A stretch of 64,000 nucleotides of DNA, taken from positions 608,001 through 672,000 of the forward strand of contig OZ252100.1 of NCBI GenBank assembly GCA_965248435.1, in the 5' to 3' direction. The translations under genes were made by a program, and so were the position numbers. The notes below the pieces were generated by a model. It saw only the letters and a list, made by a program, of their open reading frames with translations. It had not been told where the DNA came from and ran no database searches. The stretch is from Candidatus Latescibacterota bacterium. GTDB lineage: Bacteria > Latescibacterota > UBA2968 > GCA-2709665. Position 1 is the first letter of the stretch, and each line of letters begins with the position of its first letter. Positions 48,843 through 59,940 of this stretch are shown here, one piece after another.

Positions 48843-49829
48843 CTAGGTCTCGATTCTTGAACGCGGCTCTGCTTCAGGAGTTGCGGCCTCCGGTTCCACA
48901 TCGAGCTGTCCGTGGTATCGCAGGACTACACCTGCGCCCAGTGCGACGGCAAACCACAGCGTGCAGGCCCGAATGACCAGCGTCGCGCCTACCGCGTCCG
49001 GAAGCTGGACACCCCGAAGGACCAAAAGCCCCGCCATGCTTCCCTCTGTCGAACCCAGCCCACCGGGAAGCATGGTGAGGGCCCCGAGGAGCGTCGAAAG
49101 GCTGTAGATAGATGCTGATCTGATGGGCCCGATATCGACCCCAAACCCCAAGAGGACCGCGTAAAGACCGACACATTCTGCAAACCAGGCCACAACCCCA
49201 AAACCCAAGCCGAGGGTGAGGTTGGCTGGCTTGACGAGCAAGTGTATGCCATCGAGGATTTGGTCGAGGGGATTGTTCAGTCGCCTGAAAAAGGGCAGCC
49301 GATTCAGTGCGCGGAGACACGCGGAAACTGCCCCGGGTCGACCCAGAAGCAGGATGAGGAGAGAAATCCCGGCCAGCGCGAAAACCAACAAGTGCGTGCT
49401 CTTCTCTTCTGAAAGAATACCAAGAAGTGCTAGTAAAATCAAGGATATAAAGTCAGTCACCCGCTCCATAAAGACAGCGGGCGCACTCCGGGAGACGGGC
49501 GTTCCGACGCGGCGTCGAACCAGGTACGTCTTGAGGAATTCCCCCACTTTCCCCGGAGTGACGGAAAGCACGAGACCCGTCATAAAGATGATCAGGCTGT
49601 CGTTCCACTCGAGAGGGACCTCCAGGATTCGCAAGTAGCCGTGCCATCTGAGAAAACGCAGGAAGTAATTCAACAGTGCGAGCCCGAGCGCAATCGGCAC
49701 CATTTTCCACGCAAAGCTACCGAAGGCGTCCAAAAGGCCTCCGATATCTGCATAGATGCTGAAGCCGAGAAACAGGAGGGCCCCAGCGCCGAAAAACAGC
49801 AGAAGTCGCCGTCTTAATCCCGCCCACAT
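48843..49829 (-). CDS. Flippase-like (lysylphosphatidylglycerol synthase TM/UPF0104) protein
   Basis: RFLRW, TPGKVGE, ERVTD and PGGLGSTEG. Confidence 0.85.
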   Translation of the reverse strand: MWAGLRRRLLLFFGAGALLFLGFSIYADIGGLLDAFGSFAWKMVPIALGLALLNYFLRFLRWHGYLRILEVPLEWNDSLIIFMTGLVLSVTPGKVGEFLKTYLVRRRVGTPVSRSAPAVFMERVTDFISLILLALLGILSEEKSTHLLVFALAGISLLILLLGRPGAVSACLRALNRLPFFRRLNNPLDQILDGIHLLVKPANLTLGLGFGVVAWFAECVGLYAVLLGFGVDIGPIRSASIYSLSTLLGALTMLPGGLGSTEGSMAGLLVLRGVQLPDAVGATLVIRACTLWFAVALGAGVVLRYHGQLDVEPEAATPEAEPRSRIET

Positions 49830-50145
49830 ATGTGTGCACCACTCACGACAGGGGGATTCCTGCAGAATTGTCCCGGCCGCGACTCCCCTTTCCTCAAGGA
49901 ATTATAAGGCTTTCCGCCGCGGTGGCGGAAAAATTGTTTGCCAAATACCGTTCATTTTTATATATTTACATCGCTTGGGGAAATAGCCCACCGGACGAGA
50001 GCCGTCAGTTTTGTACTATATTGTGTATATTAGTATGAAGTATTACTTACGTTCGATTTGTGGTCGTGGGCTCGAAGGATCTGAAAGGGTGAAGAGACGG
50101 TAAATACTCAGAATTCCTGTCGAGAAAGGAGGGGACAAACCGGCT

Positions 50146-50343
50146 ATGGCTGGTGTCTTGGTCCGAGAAGACGAGCCGTTCGAAAAGGCATTGAGGCGCT
50201 TCAAAAAGACGTGCGAAAAAGCTGGAATCATGACTGAGATGAAGAAACATCAGCATTTCGAGAAACCGAGTGAGCGACGAAAACGAAAAATCGCGGCGGC
50301 AAAGCGAAAACGGATAAAGCTGGAGTCCAAATTCGGTGGTTGA
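50146..50343 (+). CDS. rpsU: 30S ribosomal protein S21
   Basis: EPFEKALRRFKK and FEKPSERRK; GGAGG upstream. Confidence 0.96.
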   Translation: MAGVLVREDEPFEKALRRFKKTCEKAGIMTEMKKHQHFEKPSERRKRKIAAAKRKRIKLESKFGG

Positions 50344-50381
50344 TCAGATCTAAGCGCTTTCCCGATTTGAAGTTTCGAAGC

Positions 50382-50422
50382 TAACCGCACCGGATTCTTA
50401 CCCGGTGCGGTTATCGTTTTTT
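50382..50422 (+). terminator. Intrinsic terminator after rpsU
   Basis: TAACCGCACCGG-N8-CCGGTGCGGTTA followed by a T tract. Confidence 0.8.
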
Positions 50423-50504
50423 AACGTGGGGAATCAGGGCGTCCCAACAGCCTGTGTGGTCCATCTCTCCCCCGCGATCGCAGCAATCCTCCCGTCGTCG
50501 TGCT

Positions 50505-51137
50505 ATGAATATCGCCGACATTGTCTTTGGAATCGTGCTCTTCTGGGCCGCTTTAAGGGGTTGGCGGATGGGACTGGTCCGCAGTCTCACCGGCTTGGCC
50601 GGACTGCTGCTGGCCTACTTGTTCTCCGTGACCTACGGTGCTCTGGCCGCAGGCTGGGTACTTGGGAGACCCGCAGAGGAGGGAGACAATGCGCTTCTAG
50701 TGGGGTTCATCGCGGTCTTCCTGGCAACGCTGATCGCGGCCCATTTCGCCGGTCGCATCCTTCAGAAGGCGATCAGGATTCTTCCCCTGGGTCTATTCGA
50801 CTCCCTCGGCGGGTCTGCGGCCGGATTGGCAAAGGGGATCCTTCTGTTGGGCCTTGCAACCCTCCTGCTCCTTTCCCATCCACCCCATCAAGACATTCCT
50901 GAAGTCGTCCACGAATCCACGCTTGGACGCCCTGTACAGCAGGGGGCCCTTCTACTCCTGGATGCCATCAAGAGTGGTATTCCGACTGCAGCCGCCTTCT
51001 ACGATCGGCTAGGGTTCCGAATGCACGACACGCCCCAACCCCCCATCGTCGAGGAGATCACCCAGAAAGCGGACGCGGCCACAGCACAGCTGGATAGCCT
51101 GGTCGAAGAGTCGCGAAAACGATTGGAGGCGGACTAG
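50505..51137 (+). CDS. cvpA: CvpA-family membrane protein
   Basis: MNIADIV...GWRMGLV...DSLGGSAAGLAKG; sits directly upstream of mutS2. Confidence 0.8.
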   Translation: MNIADIVFGIVLFWAALRGWRMGLVRSLTGLAGLLLAYLFSVTYGALAAGWVLGRPAEEGDNALLVGFIAVFLATLIAAHFAGRILQKAIRILPLGLFDSLGGSAAGLAKGILLLGLATLLLLSHPPHQDIPEVVHESTLGRPVQQGALLLLDAIKSGIPTAAAFYDRLGFRMHDTPQPPIVEEITQKADAATAQLDSLVEESRKRLEAD

Positions 51138-51149
51138 CCCGTTTGAACG

Positions 51150-53528
51150 ATGGAATGTTCGGCAAGCACAATGAAGGCCCTCGAGTTCGACCGGGTCAAA
51201 GAGTGCATTCTTGAAAGGGCCGTCTCTTCACTCGGACGGGAAGCGCTAGAGTCCCTGGTCCCTTCCGACGATCCGAACGAGGTTCAATCCGGGCTTCGTC
51301 AGGTGCTGGAAGCCGTCGACCTGATCGCCTTCGGCGACCCGATTTCGGTTCCTGAGGTCCCGGATATCCGTCGTTCGCTCCAGACTTCTCGAACACCGGG
51401 TTCGGTGCTTGGGATCGCGACCCTGCTCGAAGTGGGTTCGATCATCGAGTCGTCCGGACGCCTCTTTGCCTTCTTCTCTGACCGGAGAGATCAGTACCCT
51501 TTGATCTTCGATCTCCTCTCGCGCCTCCACCCTCATCCCGATATCCTGCGCGCCCTCCAGACAGCACTCGACCCGGCAACGGAATCGGTGAAAGATTCCG
51601 CCAGCCCTCAGCTCAAGCGCCTTCGTCGAGACATCGATAAGCTTCGGTCGGATATCCGGGATCGGGTCGAGTCCATCCTGTCAAAACTCCCCGATCAGGT
51701 TCCACAGGAGCGGTTGGTTACGATTCGCTCCGGGCGATTCGTGATCCCCATCAAAGACGGCCAAAAGGGTCGCGTAGACGGAATCGTTCACGACCAATCC
51801 GCCAGCGGAGCCACGCTATTTGTAGAGCCGCTGGCCACAGTTGAATCAAACAATCAACTCCGGCAGCTGGAACTGGCCGAACGGCGGGAAGTCGAGCGTA
51901 TTCTACGGGAGCTCACCTGCACCATCGCAGAGGTCGCTCCTGAACTCGCTGAGAACGTGGAGGTGCTGGGCCGATTCGATGCGGTCTATGCCAAGGCCTC
52001 GTTCTCGAGGGACCTAGGTGCAACCGAGCCTGTATTTAACGACCAGGGCACGATCCTGCTCAGGGGCGCGCGACACCCCCTGCTCCTTTACCGACTGAGG
52101 GAGGAAAGTCTAACCGAGGAACTCGTGCCTCTCGAATTGACGCTGGGGGATGAGGAGTTCTGGACCCTCATCCTGACCGGCCCTAATGCAGGCGGCAAGA
52201 CCGTGTCCCTGAAAACCGTCGGGCTGCTCGCGCTGCTGGCACAATCAGGCCTTCCCATCCCCGCAGAACCCCAATCCGAGCTCCCGATCTTTTCCAGCAT
52301 ATTCGCAGACATCGGAGATAGCCAATCGATCGAAAACGATCTCAGCAGCTTCTCCTCTCACGTAAGGCATCTGGCAGAGATCTGCGAGAAGGCCGACACA
52401 CGATCGCTCGTCCTGCTCGACGAGATCGGCTCCAGCACCGAACCGGACCAGGGATCCGCCCTGTCCATGGCGTTGCTGCTGGACCTGACACGCAGAGGCT
52501 GCCGCACCATCGCTACGACCCACCACGCTGCGCTCAAGGCCCTTGCCCACGACTCAGACGGTATGGCCAACGGCTCTATGGCTTTCGATGCAGGCACGCT
52601 CCGCCCGACCTTCCACCTCAGGCTCAGGATTCCCGGAAGCAGCTACGCCTTTGAGATCGCTAGGCGCCTTGGTTTACCGGACGAAATCGTAGACGAGGCC
52701 CTCAGGATCGCCGGAAGCGACATTGGTCGAGTGGAGTCCCTCATCGCCGGGCTGGATGATGCGTACCAGCGTTATAATGAGAGACTAGAACAGATGGAGG
52801 CCGATCGGGAAAAGTTAGAGACCCTGAAGGAAGACTATGAAACCCGGATGGGTGAGCTGGAGCGCGAACGACGAGCGTTCAAGCAGACCGCCAAGGGGGA
52901 GGCTGAGCGCATCCTGAACGAGGCGAACGCCCTTATCGAGAAAACGGTGTGGGAGCTTAGGCAGCAGCAGGCCGACAAGGCCTCGATTCGCAGCGCACAT
53001 TCTGGGATTCAGAAAGCCAAAGCGGCCCTGAGAAAGGATTTGGAAGAAGAGGGCTCCTCGGGCACGCTTCACGCGCTGAGCGCAGGAGATCGCGTCTGGA
53101 TCCCAAGACTGGAAAGAGAAGGAAGAGTTCTCTCCAACAGCGACGATAAGGAACGCGTACGCGTCGAAGTAGGTAACCTGAAGATGGAACTCTCTCTGAG
53201 GGAGCTGGAGCCCGCCGGGGAGATCGCAGAGTCGAAGGGACACTCCGGACCGGACCGATTGCATTTGGAGGGTGGGGTGTCGCTGGAAGTGGACCTTCGT
53301 GGGATGACCTTCGATGAAGCCACGGAAGTCGTTGACAAATACCTGGACGACCTCCAGTTGGCGCGTGTGCCGCGCGCGACGATCATTCACGGAAAGGGCA
53401 CCGGGGTGCTGAGAAAGAAGGTTGGAGAATTCCTGAAGCGCCACGCGCTCGTAAAGTCCCAGCGGCTTGGAGCTGCAAATGAAGGGGGCAATGGAGTAAC
53501 GATTGTCGAGCTTGACACCGATGCGTGA
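51150..53528 (+). CDS. mutS2: Endonuclease MutS2
   Basis: HDQSASGATLF, TGPNAGGKT, DEIGSST and Smr motif IIHGKGTG. Confidence 0.95.
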   Translation: MECSASTMKALEFDRVKECILERAVSSLGREALESLVPSDDPNEVQSGLRQVLEAVDLIAFGDPISVPEVPDIRRSLQTSRTPGSVLGIATLLEVGSIIESSGRLFAFFSDRRDQYPLIFDLLSRLHPHPDILRALQTALDPATESVKDSASPQLKRLRRDIDKLRSDIRDRVESILSKLPDQVPQERLVTIRSGRFVIPIKDGQKGRVDGIVHDQSASGATLFVEPLATVESNNQLRQLELAERREVERILRELTCTIAEVAPELAENVEVLGRFDAVYAKASFSRDLGATEPVFNDQGTILLRGARHPLLLYRLREESLTEELVPLELTLGDEEFWTLILTGPNAGGKTVSLKTVGLLALLAQSGLPIPAEPQSELPIFSSIFADIGDSQSIENDLSSFSSHVRHLAEICEKADTRSLVLLDEIGSSTEPDQGSALSMALLLDLTRRGCRTIATTHHAALKALAHDSDGMANGSMAFDAGTLRPTFHLRLRIPGSSYAFEIARRLGLPDEIVDEALRIAGSDIGRVESLIAGLDDAYQRYNERLEQMEADREKLETLKEDYETRMGELERERRAFKQTAKGEAERILNEANALIEKTVWELRQQQADKASIRSAHSGIQKAKAALRKDLEEEGSSGTLHALSAGDRVWIPRLEREGRVLSNSDDKERVRVEVGNLKMELSLRELEPAGEIAESKGHSGPDRLHLEGGVSLEVDLRGMTFDEATEVVDKYLDDLQLARVPRATIIHGKGTGVLRKKVGEFLKRHALVKSQRLGAANEGGNGVTIVELDTDA

Positions 53529-53545
53529 TCTTCTCTATAATACTT

Positions 53546-53625
53546 CAGACCGCAGGCGACCAACGGCGGACCGCAAGATGAATAACGTGAGAATTTTTGT
53601 GGTCTGTGGTCCGCGGTCTGGGGTC
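53546..53625. repeat. Heptamer-repeat inverted element upstream of ispG
   Basis: GACCGCA units on the left; TGTGGTC TGTGGTC CGCGGTC TGGGGTC on the right. Confidence 0.55.
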
Positions 53626-53654
53626 CTTAATAGTTTGTTCTTACCTAACGGCCT

Positions 53655-55619
53655 ATGACCACGATCACCGAAATCGAGACACCCGCGCCCCAGAATCCCC
53701 CGCAGGGCTACTGCGACTCGCTGACCGCCTACTCGAGATATCAGACCCGTGAGGTCCAGATTGGCGACGTGGCGCTCGGCGCACAACACCCGATTCGAGT
53801 CCAATCCATGACGACGACCGACACTATGGATACGCTTGCAACGGTCGAGCAATCGGTTCGCATCATCGAGGCCGGGGCAGATTACGTGCGAATCACGGCG
53901 CCGAGTCTGAACGAGGCCCGGAATCTAGAACCCATCAAGGCAGAGCTCAGGCGACGGGGCTACGATGCCCCGCTCATTGCAGACATCCACTACACGCCCA
54001 ATGCCGCTGAGCTCGCGGCCCGAATCGTCGAAAAAGTGAGGGTGAATCCGGGTAACTACGTAGACAAGAAGCGCTTTCAGATCTTCGAGTATTCCGACGA
54101 GGAATACGCTGAAGAACTGGACCGAATTCGCGAGCGTTTCACGCCGCTCGTGAACGTCTGCAAGGAATACGGAACCGCTCTCAGGATCGGCACGAACCAC
54201 GGCTCCCTCTCGGACAGAATCATGAACCGATTCGGGGACACGCCGCTCGGGATGGTCGAATCCGCCCTCGAGTTCGTCAGGATCTGCGAAGACCTGGGCT
54301 ATTACAGCATCGTCCTCTCGATGAAGGCTAGCAACACACGGGTCATGGTACAGGCCTATCGCCTCCTCGTCCAGATGATGGAAGCGGAGGACATGAATTA
54401 TCCGATTCATCTCGGAGTCACCGAAGCCGGAGATGGAGAGGACGGCAGGACCAAATCGGCCGTCGGGATCGGCGCCCTGCTCGAAGACGGGATCGGCGAT
54501 ACGATCCGCGTCTCTCTCACCGAAGAACCGGAAGCCGAAGTGCCTGTGGCCATCGAACTCGTGCAGCGCGTCGAACAGCGGCCTGAATACAACCCGATCC
54601 CTCCGATGGCTGATTACCCTGTAGACCCCTTCTTCTACACCAGGCGGAAGACCGTCCAGGTCGAGAACATCGGGAAGGACAATGTCCCGGTGATCGTCCT
54701 CACGGCAAACGCCGACATGATTCAAACACCCGAAGCGCTGTCGACGATTGGCTATGAGTATGACCCTTCGCTCGACAAATGGAACATCGGCGACGCGGCC
54801 GCAGATTTTATCGCCCTCGGCAAAAGGGAGCTGAGCTACGCACTCCCGGGCACGCTCAAGAAGATCTGCGACCACGCTGCCTGGCTTGATCTGGGGAGGC
54901 CCTCCGACGCCTTTCCACTGTTCGATATGGAGGCCTACGTCGCAGCCGATTTGCGGTCCGACAGAATCAACTTCGTTGAGGCGGATCTCGGCCAGTTGAA
55001 TCAGGAGGCCCTCCGCCTCCTTTCCCGGGACGCCCGTGCCGTGCTCGTCCTCAGGACCACCAATACCCTTGCGATGGCCGAGCTGCGTCGGGCGTTCGTC
55101 ACGCTGATTGAAGATCGAATCGACTGTCCCGTCATTATCAAGCGGATATATCCCGAGCTGGGCGCCGACGAGTTCCTGCTGCACGCCGCCGCCGATGTCG
55201 GCGGCCTCCTCACAGACGGAATGGGAGACGGTGTATGGTTCGAGGCCCCCAGAGTCACCGCCGAAGCGATCAACCGCATCGGCTTCGGCGTCTTGCAGGC
55301 CACGCGCACACGTATCTCCAGGACGGAATACATCTCCTGCCCCTCCTGTGGCCGGACGCTCTTCGACCTGCAGAAAACGACCGCTGTGATCCGCAACCGG
55401 ACCGATCACCTCAAAGGCGTGAAAATCGGAATCATGGGGTGTATCGTCAACGGCCCCGGAGAAATGGCCGACGCCGACTACGGCTACGTGGGCTCCGGCC
55501 CCGGACAGATCACGCTTTATCGGGGCCAGGAAATCGTCAAACGAAACATCTCGACGGAAATCGCCGTAGACGAACTGATCAACCTGGTCAAAGAAGACGA
55601 TCGCTGGGTGGAACCGTGA
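53655..55619 (+). CDS. ispG: HMBPP synthase, long form with an insertion domain
   Basis: QSMTTTDT, RVNPGN, GTNHGSLS, SCPSCGR and MGCIVNGPGE. Confidence 0.95.
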   Translation: MTTITEIETPAPQNPPQGYCDSLTAYSRYQTREVQIGDVALGAQHPIRVQSMTTTDTMDTLATVEQSVRIIEAGADYVRITAPSLNEARNLEPIKAELRRRGYDAPLIADIHYTPNAAELAARIVEKVRVNPGNYVDKKRFQIFEYSDEEYAEELDRIRERFTPLVNVCKEYGTALRIGTNHGSLSDRIMNRFGDTPLGMVESALEFVRICEDLGYYSIVLSMKASNTRVMVQAYRLLVQMMEAEDMNYPIHLGVTEAGDGEDGRTKSAVGIGALLEDGIGDTIRVSLTEEPEAEVPVAIELVQRVEQRPEYNPIPPMADYPVDPFFYTRRKTVQVENIGKDNVPVIVLTANADMIQTPEALSTIGYEYDPSLDKWNIGDAAADFIALGKRELSYALPGTLKKICDHAAWLDLGRPSDAFPLFDMEAYVAADLRSDRINFVEADLGQLNQEALRLLSRDARAVLVLRTTNTLAMAELRRAFVTLIEDRIDCPVIIKRIYPELGADEFLLHAAADVGGLLTDGMGDGVWFEAPRVTAEAINRIGFGVLQATRTRISRTEYISCPSCGRTLFDLQKTTAVIRNRTDHLKGVKIGIMGCIVNGPGEMADADYGYVGSGPGQITLYRGQEIVKRNISTEIAVDELINLVKEDDRWVEP

Positions 55620-55623
55620 ACCA

Positions 55624-55714
55624 AGTTTCTGGTTTCGAATTTCTAGTTGATATTGTGTCAGCCCTGAAATCCTCCACACCGATGCCTTTAACTCGAAACT
55701 CGTAACCAGAAACT
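55624..55714. repeat. 25-bp inverted repeat built from heptamers, downstream of ispG
   Basis: AGTTTCTGGTTTCGAATTTCTAGTT (55624-55648) versus AACTCGAAACTCGTAACCAGAAACT (55690-55714), 22/25 complementary. Confidence 0.75.
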
Positions 55715-55802
55715 GATTCTTTCTCTCCTCCGGTTTGTTTTGTAGCGTCCCTTTCGTTTCTTCATCACCTTTCCCACATTTATATACCCTTGAAGGCCCC
55801 TT

Positions 55803-57614
55803 ATGCCTCGCATTCCCGAGGACTTGATCGAACAGGTTCGCGAGTCCAACGACATCGTGGAAGTCGTCTCCGACCACGTCACGCTGACCAGACGAGGTAA
55901 GAGCTTCCTCGGCCTTTGTCCATTTCACGAAGACAAGCACCCCTCACTCAACGTCTCACAGGACAAACAGATCTACAAATGCTTCGCCTGCGGTGTCGGC
56001 GGCAACGTCTTCACCTTTCTGATGGAAATGGAGCGGGTCAGCTTTATCGAGGCCGTGAAGGAGCTGGCCGATCGTGCAGGCATTTCCTTACCGGAGACGC
56101 CCTCCGACAGTCCTGAAACCGAGCGAGTCTTGGACGCGCTCTACAAAGCGAACGAACTCGCTCGGAAATACTATCACCACATGCTGCTTGAGGATCCAGC
56201 GGGCAAGGAAGCGGGCAGCTACCTCCAGCGCCGGGGCATTTCACAGGACGCTGTAGAAAACTTCTATCTGGGATTTGCACCCAAGGCCTGGGATGGCCTG
56301 ATTAACGTGGCGGGGCGCCGCGGCATCGACCCCCAGGCCCTGCACCGCGCCGGACTGGTCCTTCCCCGAAACGACGGAAGGGGCTTCTACGATCGCTTCC
56401 GAAACCGCCTCATCTTCCCCATCCAATCTCACACCGGGCGCACAGTCGCGTTTGGAGCCCGCGCCCTGGATCCGGATGAACCGTCCAAATACCTCAACTC
56501 GCCCGAGACCCCGGTCTACCAGAAGAGTCGCCTCCTCTATGGACTTTGGCAGGCGCGAGGTCAAATTCGAGACAAGGGCGAGGCCGTCGTCGTAGAAGGC
56601 TACACCGATCTCATCGCTATGGTCGAAGCCGGCATCGCGAACGTGGTCGCCTCGTCAGGGACAGCCCTCACACGAGAGCACGCCCGGCTTCTGGGTCGCT
56701 ACGCCACGCGCGCCGTTCTCGTCTTCGACGGAGACGCCGCCGGCACAGCAGCTGCGGTGAGGGGGATAGAGTCCCTGCTGGAAGCAGGATTGGATATCCG
56801 GATCGTCTCCCTTCCGGAGGGTCAGGATCCGGACAGCACGGTGCGGGAACGAGGAAAGGAAGAAGTGGAGTCCCTGATCCAGGGCGCGGACAGTACGCTG
56901 GACTACCTCTTCGCCAGGCTCGCCGACAAGGAAGACCTCTCGACCGTGGACGGAAGGACCCGTGCGACCCACGCGATGGCGGGATGGATCGCCCTCGTAA
57001 AGGACGAGACACGGCGTCGGCTTTTCACACAGGAGGCCGCCGAACGGATTGGGATCGACGAAGCGACGATTCTGAATCTGGTACGCGCTCAGAGTAGACG
57101 ATCCAGAACTGGCAGGCAGGTCGCCGAGAGCAGGCCGGAGGAATTCGACCCGAGGCCCCGCTCGGAGCGGGAGCTTGTGATGTGGATGATGACCGACGAT
57201 CAGAAGGCCGACGCCGTCCTGAATCAGATCGATCCCGGCGACTTTTCCAACGGCGTCTATCGGCGCATCGCGTCACTGGTCACCCGCTGTCGGCAAGATC
57301 GACAGGCGATTTCCCCCGCCTTCCTGGTCGACGCGTCTGAGGATCCGCAGGTCGCCCAGGCCATCTCGTCGATTACGCTGGAATTAGAAATGATGGATCC
57401 GGAACTGGTGGATATGCCGTTGGAAGACTATATCCATTCGATCAAGCTCAAGGAGCTCAACACCAAAATCGAGGCAATACAGGCAGAGCTTCGCTCCACC
57501 GATTCGGGTTCCGACCTCACAGGACTACTGCAGAAACACAAAGACCTCACCCTTGCGCGCAAGAACCTACTCGAGGCCCGTCGATCCTCCGAGCAGGCTG
57601 GCGCTGTGTCCTGA
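55803..57614 (+). CDS. dnaG: DNA primase
   Basis: CPFH...CFAC zinc finger, DRFRNR, KYLNSPET, VEGYTD and FDGDAAG. Confidence 0.96.
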   Translation: MPRIPEDLIEQVRESNDIVEVVSDHVTLTRRGKSFLGLCPFHEDKHPSLNVSQDKQIYKCFACGVGGNVFTFLMEMERVSFIEAVKELADRAGISLPETPSDSPETERVLDALYKANELARKYYHHMLLEDPAGKEAGSYLQRRGISQDAVENFYLGFAPKAWDGLINVAGRRGIDPQALHRAGLVLPRNDGRGFYDRFRNRLIFPIQSHTGRTVAFGARALDPDEPSKYLNSPETPVYQKSRLLYGLWQARGQIRDKGEAVVVEGYTDLIAMVEAGIANVVASSGTALTREHARLLGRYATRAVLVFDGDAAGTAAAVRGIESLLEAGLDIRIVSLPEGQDPDSTVRERGKEEVESLIQGADSTLDYLFARLADKEDLSTVDGRTRATHAMAGWIALVKDETRRRLFTQEAAERIGIDEATILNLVRAQSRRSRTGRQVAESRPEEFDPRPRSERELVMWMMTDDQKADAVLNQIDPGDFSNGVYRRIASLVTRCRQDRQAISPAFLVDASEDPQVAQAISSITLELEMMDPELVDMPLEDYIHSIKLKELNTKIEAIQAELRSTDSGSDLTGLLQKHKDLTLARKNLLEARRSSEQAGAVS

Positions 57615-57660
57615 AAGGACTTGCCCTCTGTTCGCAATTTGATAGATTAATCTCTTGCAT

Positions 57661-57737
<77 letters not shown>

Positions 57738-57763
57738 TTATTTTCTGCGTAAGGATTAGTTTC

Positions 57764-57789
57764 AGGCTCTCTTTTCGAGGGAGCCTTTT
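57764..57789 (+). terminator. Terminator-like hairpin after the tRNA
   Basis: AGGCTCTCT-TTTCG-AGGGAGCCT-TTT. Confidence 0.6.
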
Positions 57790-57897
57790 CTTTATTAACA
57801 AGCTTCGGTCCACATTTGTCTATAGAGAGTCTACCTGCAGGATCAAACAGATCTGCGTGATGCACAAGAGCTGAATTCGTCCAAAAGTGTCAAATCT

Positions 57898-59940
57898 ATG
57901 AACGTTTATTTAGGCACATTTCTGATCGCGTTTTCAACGCTTGCATTCGAGATTACACTCACCCGATTGTTGAGCGTGAGCACATGGTATCATTTTGCCT
58001 TCTTTGCGGTCTCAACGGCGATGCTGGGCATGACGGCAGGTGCAACAACAGTGTATATGAAGTCAAGCTGGTTTACTCGTGAGAAGCTGAATGATATCGT
58101 AGCTGTGTGGACCAATTGGAGTCTTAGCCACATTTAGCTTTGCCTGGCAGAGTACGTCATTCACACTTCGTCGCACGGGCTGTTGGATTCTCATAGTTCT
58201 GACAATTTCGGCATTAATCAATTCCTCTACGGACTACGGCATACGTCCCGTGACCGTAAAGGGCTACATCGAGAACGCGGGTAACCACCTCATTGAGAGA
58301 TGGAACTCCTATTCTCGCGTTGTTGTAAAGAAGCCCACATTAGGCCCGCCACAATTCTTCGGCGCCAGCCCATCGAGACCCCATGAAAGGGTTTATCAGT
58401 ATGAAATGAACATAGATGGAGGCGCAGCGACGACGCTTCGAAGGTTCAATTCCAGGGAAGATATAAATCATCTGTACTATGCATTGACTAACGTGGCCTA
58501 TTTTCTGCGCCCACGAGGAGGAGCGTGTATCATCGGCGTTGGGGGAGGCAGAGACATACAAAGTGCTATTCTCTTTGGCCATGAAAATATTGTTGGTATC
58601 GAAGTAAATCCTATTTTCATCGATTTGATCCAAAACGATTTCAGAAAATTCGCTGGAATTGCGGACCACGAAGGGGTGACCCTCATTGTTGATGAGGCAA
58701 GAAGCTTTTTATCCAGGACAGAACAAAAGTATGCAGTTATTCAGATGTCACTCATAGATACGTGGGCAGCGACGGGTGCTGGAGCCTATTCACTCTCCGA
58801 GAATGCACTCTACACGCTCGAAGCGTGGCAAGCTTTCTTCGGTCGGCTGACCGACGATGGGATTTTTACAGTATCAAGGTGGTATAGTCCGAGCAATCTT
58901 GGCGAAACGGAACGTGTTGTGAGCCTTGGTGTTAGACCACTTCGCATTTGTCTACCTTTCTGCTTAGCAGGAAGCCATTTGACGAACAAGATATCGCGAA
59001 ACTGAGGAAAGTAGCTTCTGATTTACAGTATAATCTCGTCATCGTTCCGGGCACTCCTCCCGAAAATGACGTTCTAATGGACATCCTTTCTGCCGGCTCA
59101 ATAGAAGAATTGAATCTTGCGATAGCAGACAAACCGTTTAATTACGAGCCACCAACAGATGAGAACCCATACTTCTTTAACATGCTCCGCCTGAACCACC
59201 TAACCCCCCTCTTCTATGCAGATTCGGGTGTTGGACATGGAAACCTGGTCGCGACAGTCACCCTGATGGGACTCATCCTATCTTTGTTTTTCGTATCCCT
59301 AGTCGCTATCATTCTCCCGTTGATAATCAAAGCACGAAACGCGGATCCAGTCCAGGACACAACGAAAGTCCTTTGGTCAGGAGCGCTCTATTTTTGTTTG
59401 ATCGGTGCAGGATTCATGAGTGTAGAAATTGCACTCATTCAAAGACTATCTGTTTTCCTGGGACACCCCACGTACGCGCTAGGTATTTTGCTCTTCACGA
59501 TTATCCTTAGCACTGGGTTGGGGAGTTTCCTGAGCGAGTATTTACCCTTAACGCGCCCTCCGTGGGTGTTTGTGTATCCCATCATTACTGCCCTGGCCAT
59601 ACTCCTCGTGCGATTCGTGCTCCTGTTTGTTCTATCAAGCATGATAACCTCACCGATGTTGAACAAGATCCTGGTTTCAATCCTCGTCATTTTTCCAATG
59701 GGCGTGCTCATGGGCTTCTTCTTCCCAATGGGCATGCGGCTGGTCAGGTCTGCCGCGGCGACCGAGACACCGTGGTATTGGGCTCTCAACGGCATTTTTG
59801 GTGTTCTATTTTCAGCACTCGCCGTCTTTTTTTCGATCTATTTTGGCATCGCCACGAATTTCTATATTGGGGTCGCTTGCTACACGATCCTTCTTACTTG
59901 CCTTCCTAAAATGTACCGCGCAGCTCAGGTTAATCAGTGA
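57898..59940 (+). pseudogene. Disrupted membrane-bound spermidine-synthase-like SAM-dependent transferase
   Basis: Three fragments in different frames: FEITLTRL...YHFAF; WNSYSRV, IGVGGGRD, VEVN-like, DEARS, LYTLEA; TDENPYFF, GFFFPMG, WALNG. Confidence 0.75.

Noticed and set aside
53925-55940. 671-aa minus-strand ORF
   Set aside because: Antisense shadow of ispG caused by GC-rich codon bias; no motifs.
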